Both the position numbers and the translations under genes were made by a program. From Halorubrum sp. (GTDB lineage Archaea > Halobacteriota > Halobacteria > Halobacteriales > Haloferacaceae): a DNA stretch of 64,000 bases. The stretch is taken from the NCBI GenBank assembly GCA_028275105.1, contig JAQCNI010000008.1, positions 764 through 64,763 of the forward strand. Direction: 5' to 3'. Shown one piece after another: positions 62,876 to 64,000 of the stretch (its first letter is position 1; the number at the start of each line of letters is the position of its first letter). The notes under the pieces are model-generated. The model was not told the DNA's origin. It saw nothing but the letters and a program-made list of their open reading frames with translations, and ran no database searches.

Positions 62876-64000
62876 TTAGACCGCCGTCACCAGTCCGCGG
62901 AGCTGTTCGACGCTGTTTTGTGCGCCTCGTACCATGAGCCGTGACACCTCGTCGACGCTGCCGACTTCCGCGCCGAACATCGCCGGGACGACGTACACGG
63001 CGAATAGCAGGCTCGCGACGATGCTGCCGACGTTCGTCATCGCGACGACCATGATAAGCCTGAACAGCGGGACGTCGAGCATCGCCGAGAGAAGGGCCGA
63101 CGGCGACCGCGTCTCGTCGGACAGCAGCTCGTTGAGCGTGCCGATGTCGGCGACGTTCACCGTGAGGTGGCGGAGCTCGACGTACCCGGTGAACCAGCCC
63201 GGCGCGAGCAACGGGTTGATGGAGGTCATCCACGCGACCGCCCCGCCGACGCCGGCGGACGACCACCGCGCCCCGGCAAGCTTCGCGAACGTGAACGCGA
63301 ACGCGGCGTTAATTAGGAACCACGCCCCGAACAGCCGGAGCAGGAACCCGTTGCGGACGCCGGCCATCGCGAGCAGGAGAAAGAAGCCGACGAACCCGAC
63401 CGTGATCGCGTATCCGATCGCCTTCTTCCACGGGAAGCCCCGAGTGCCCTCCCGTCCGGTCAGACTCTCGACCGGCGGGAGCGACTCGGGGTCGGCGAGG
63501 TAGCGCTCAATCCCCGCCCGATGGCCCGCGCCGACCACGGCGACCACGTCGTGGCCGGCGTTCCGGATGGCGACGAGCCGGTGGGCAATGAACGCGTCGC
63601 GTTCGTCGATGAGCGCCTCCGCGCCGCCCGGCGAGAACCGCCGGAACTCCTCCATCATCATCGTCACCACGTCGGTGTCCGTGAGCTCCGCCATGTCGAG
63701 CGACTCGATCCCGCCGTATTCGGCCGAGTCGGTTCGGAGGAGGGGCCCGAGCAGCACCGCGGCGACGGCGCCGACGCCGAGCCCGAACGCGACGCCGATC
63801 CCGAGGCTCCCGATCGCCCGCACGGTGAACCCGCCCAAGTACGCCGTGACCAGGCCGTCGGCGACCCCGAGGACTGCGACGGCGACGCCCGCGGTCGCGC
63901 CGATCCCGGCTGCGGCGTACAGCCTGCCGTCCGGGGAGAGCCCCGCCTTGCCGACCTGGTCGACGGCGGCCGCGACCACGACGGCGGCAAGCACGCCCGC
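62876..64000 (-). CDS. TraB/GumN-family protein, partial (N-terminus beyond the window)
   Basis: ERDAFIAHRL...VVAVVGAGHRAGI, then a C-terminal multi-TM region. The frame stays open to the window end. Confidence 0.7.
   Translation of the reverse strand, partial: AGVLAAVVVAAAVDQVGKAGLSPDGRLYAAAGIGATAGVAVAVLGVADGLVTAYLGGFTVRAIGSLGIGVAFGLGVGAVAAVLLGPLLRTDSAEYGGIESLDMAELTDTDVVTMMMEEFRRFSPGGAEALIDERDAFIAHRLVAIRNAGHDVVAVVGAGHRAGIERYLADPESLPPVESLTGREGTRGFPWKKAIGYAITVGFVGFFLLLAMAGVRNGFLLRLFGAWFLINAAFAFTFAKLAGARWSSAGVGGAVAWMTSINPLLAPGWFTGYVELRHLTVNVADIGTLNELLSDETRSPSALLSAMLDVPLFRLIMVVAMTNVGSIVASLLFAVYVVPAMFGAEVGSVDEVSRLMVRGAQNSVEQLRGLVTAV

Noticed and set aside
62112-63266. N-terminal 385 codons of the 712-aa ORF 61128..63266
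   Set aside because: Only the part from ATG 62111 matches PurM. The upstream part overlaps the M50 protease and TraB genes in other frames and is Arg-rich.

Overview
The high G+C content and the acidic (Asp/Glu-rich) proteins are typical of a haloarchaeal (class Halobacteria) chromosome. The genus cannot be fixed without a database search. About 80 protein genes, 2 tRNAs and several repeat families are supported.

Most of the window is core housekeeping:
- Lrp/AsnC regulator, GNAT acetyltransferase, ZIP metal transporter, EngB, CoaBC
- a nine-gene Mrp/Mnh cation:proton antiporter cluster
- glucose dehydrogenase next to the PyrE-like regulator GfcR
- GdhA, FKBP isomerase, endonuclease III
- tRNA-Arg followed by the lsm-rpl37e pair
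- deoxyhypusine synthase next to SAMP1
- an RCK-domain K+ channel, sdhCDBA, CspA, a TetR-MFS pair, L11, a HerA-like ATPase, PurM and others

Parts that look accessory or unusual:
1. The window opens inside an IS200/IS605-type tnpB, followed by a hairpin-rich candidate omega-RNA region.
2. That element is followed by about 1 kb of non-coding repeats. These comprise a 51-bp tandem repeat and a foldback of about 800 bp whose modular arms recur at 9.6-10.0 kb.
3. About 7 kb at 52.0-59.3 kb has visibly lower G+C and abuts the 3' end of tRNA-Val(CAC). It carries a translationally coupled bacterial AddA/AddB-like helicase-nuclease pair, a zinc-ribbon protein, an SDR oxidoreductase and no integrase. 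This is my best candidate for a horizontally acquired, uncharacterised system.
4. A conserved-looking small ORF is split by an in-frame TAG codon.
5. Two decayed genes (an LLM oxidoreductase and a 5-formyl-THF cyclo-ligase-like gene) and several short tandem repeats lie in intergenic regions.

Many long Arg/Pro-rich ORFs in the six-frame track are antisense or off-frame shadows of real genes and were discarded. The ORF track translates GTG and TTG starts as M. I re-derived the gene starts by eye, and they are approximate.
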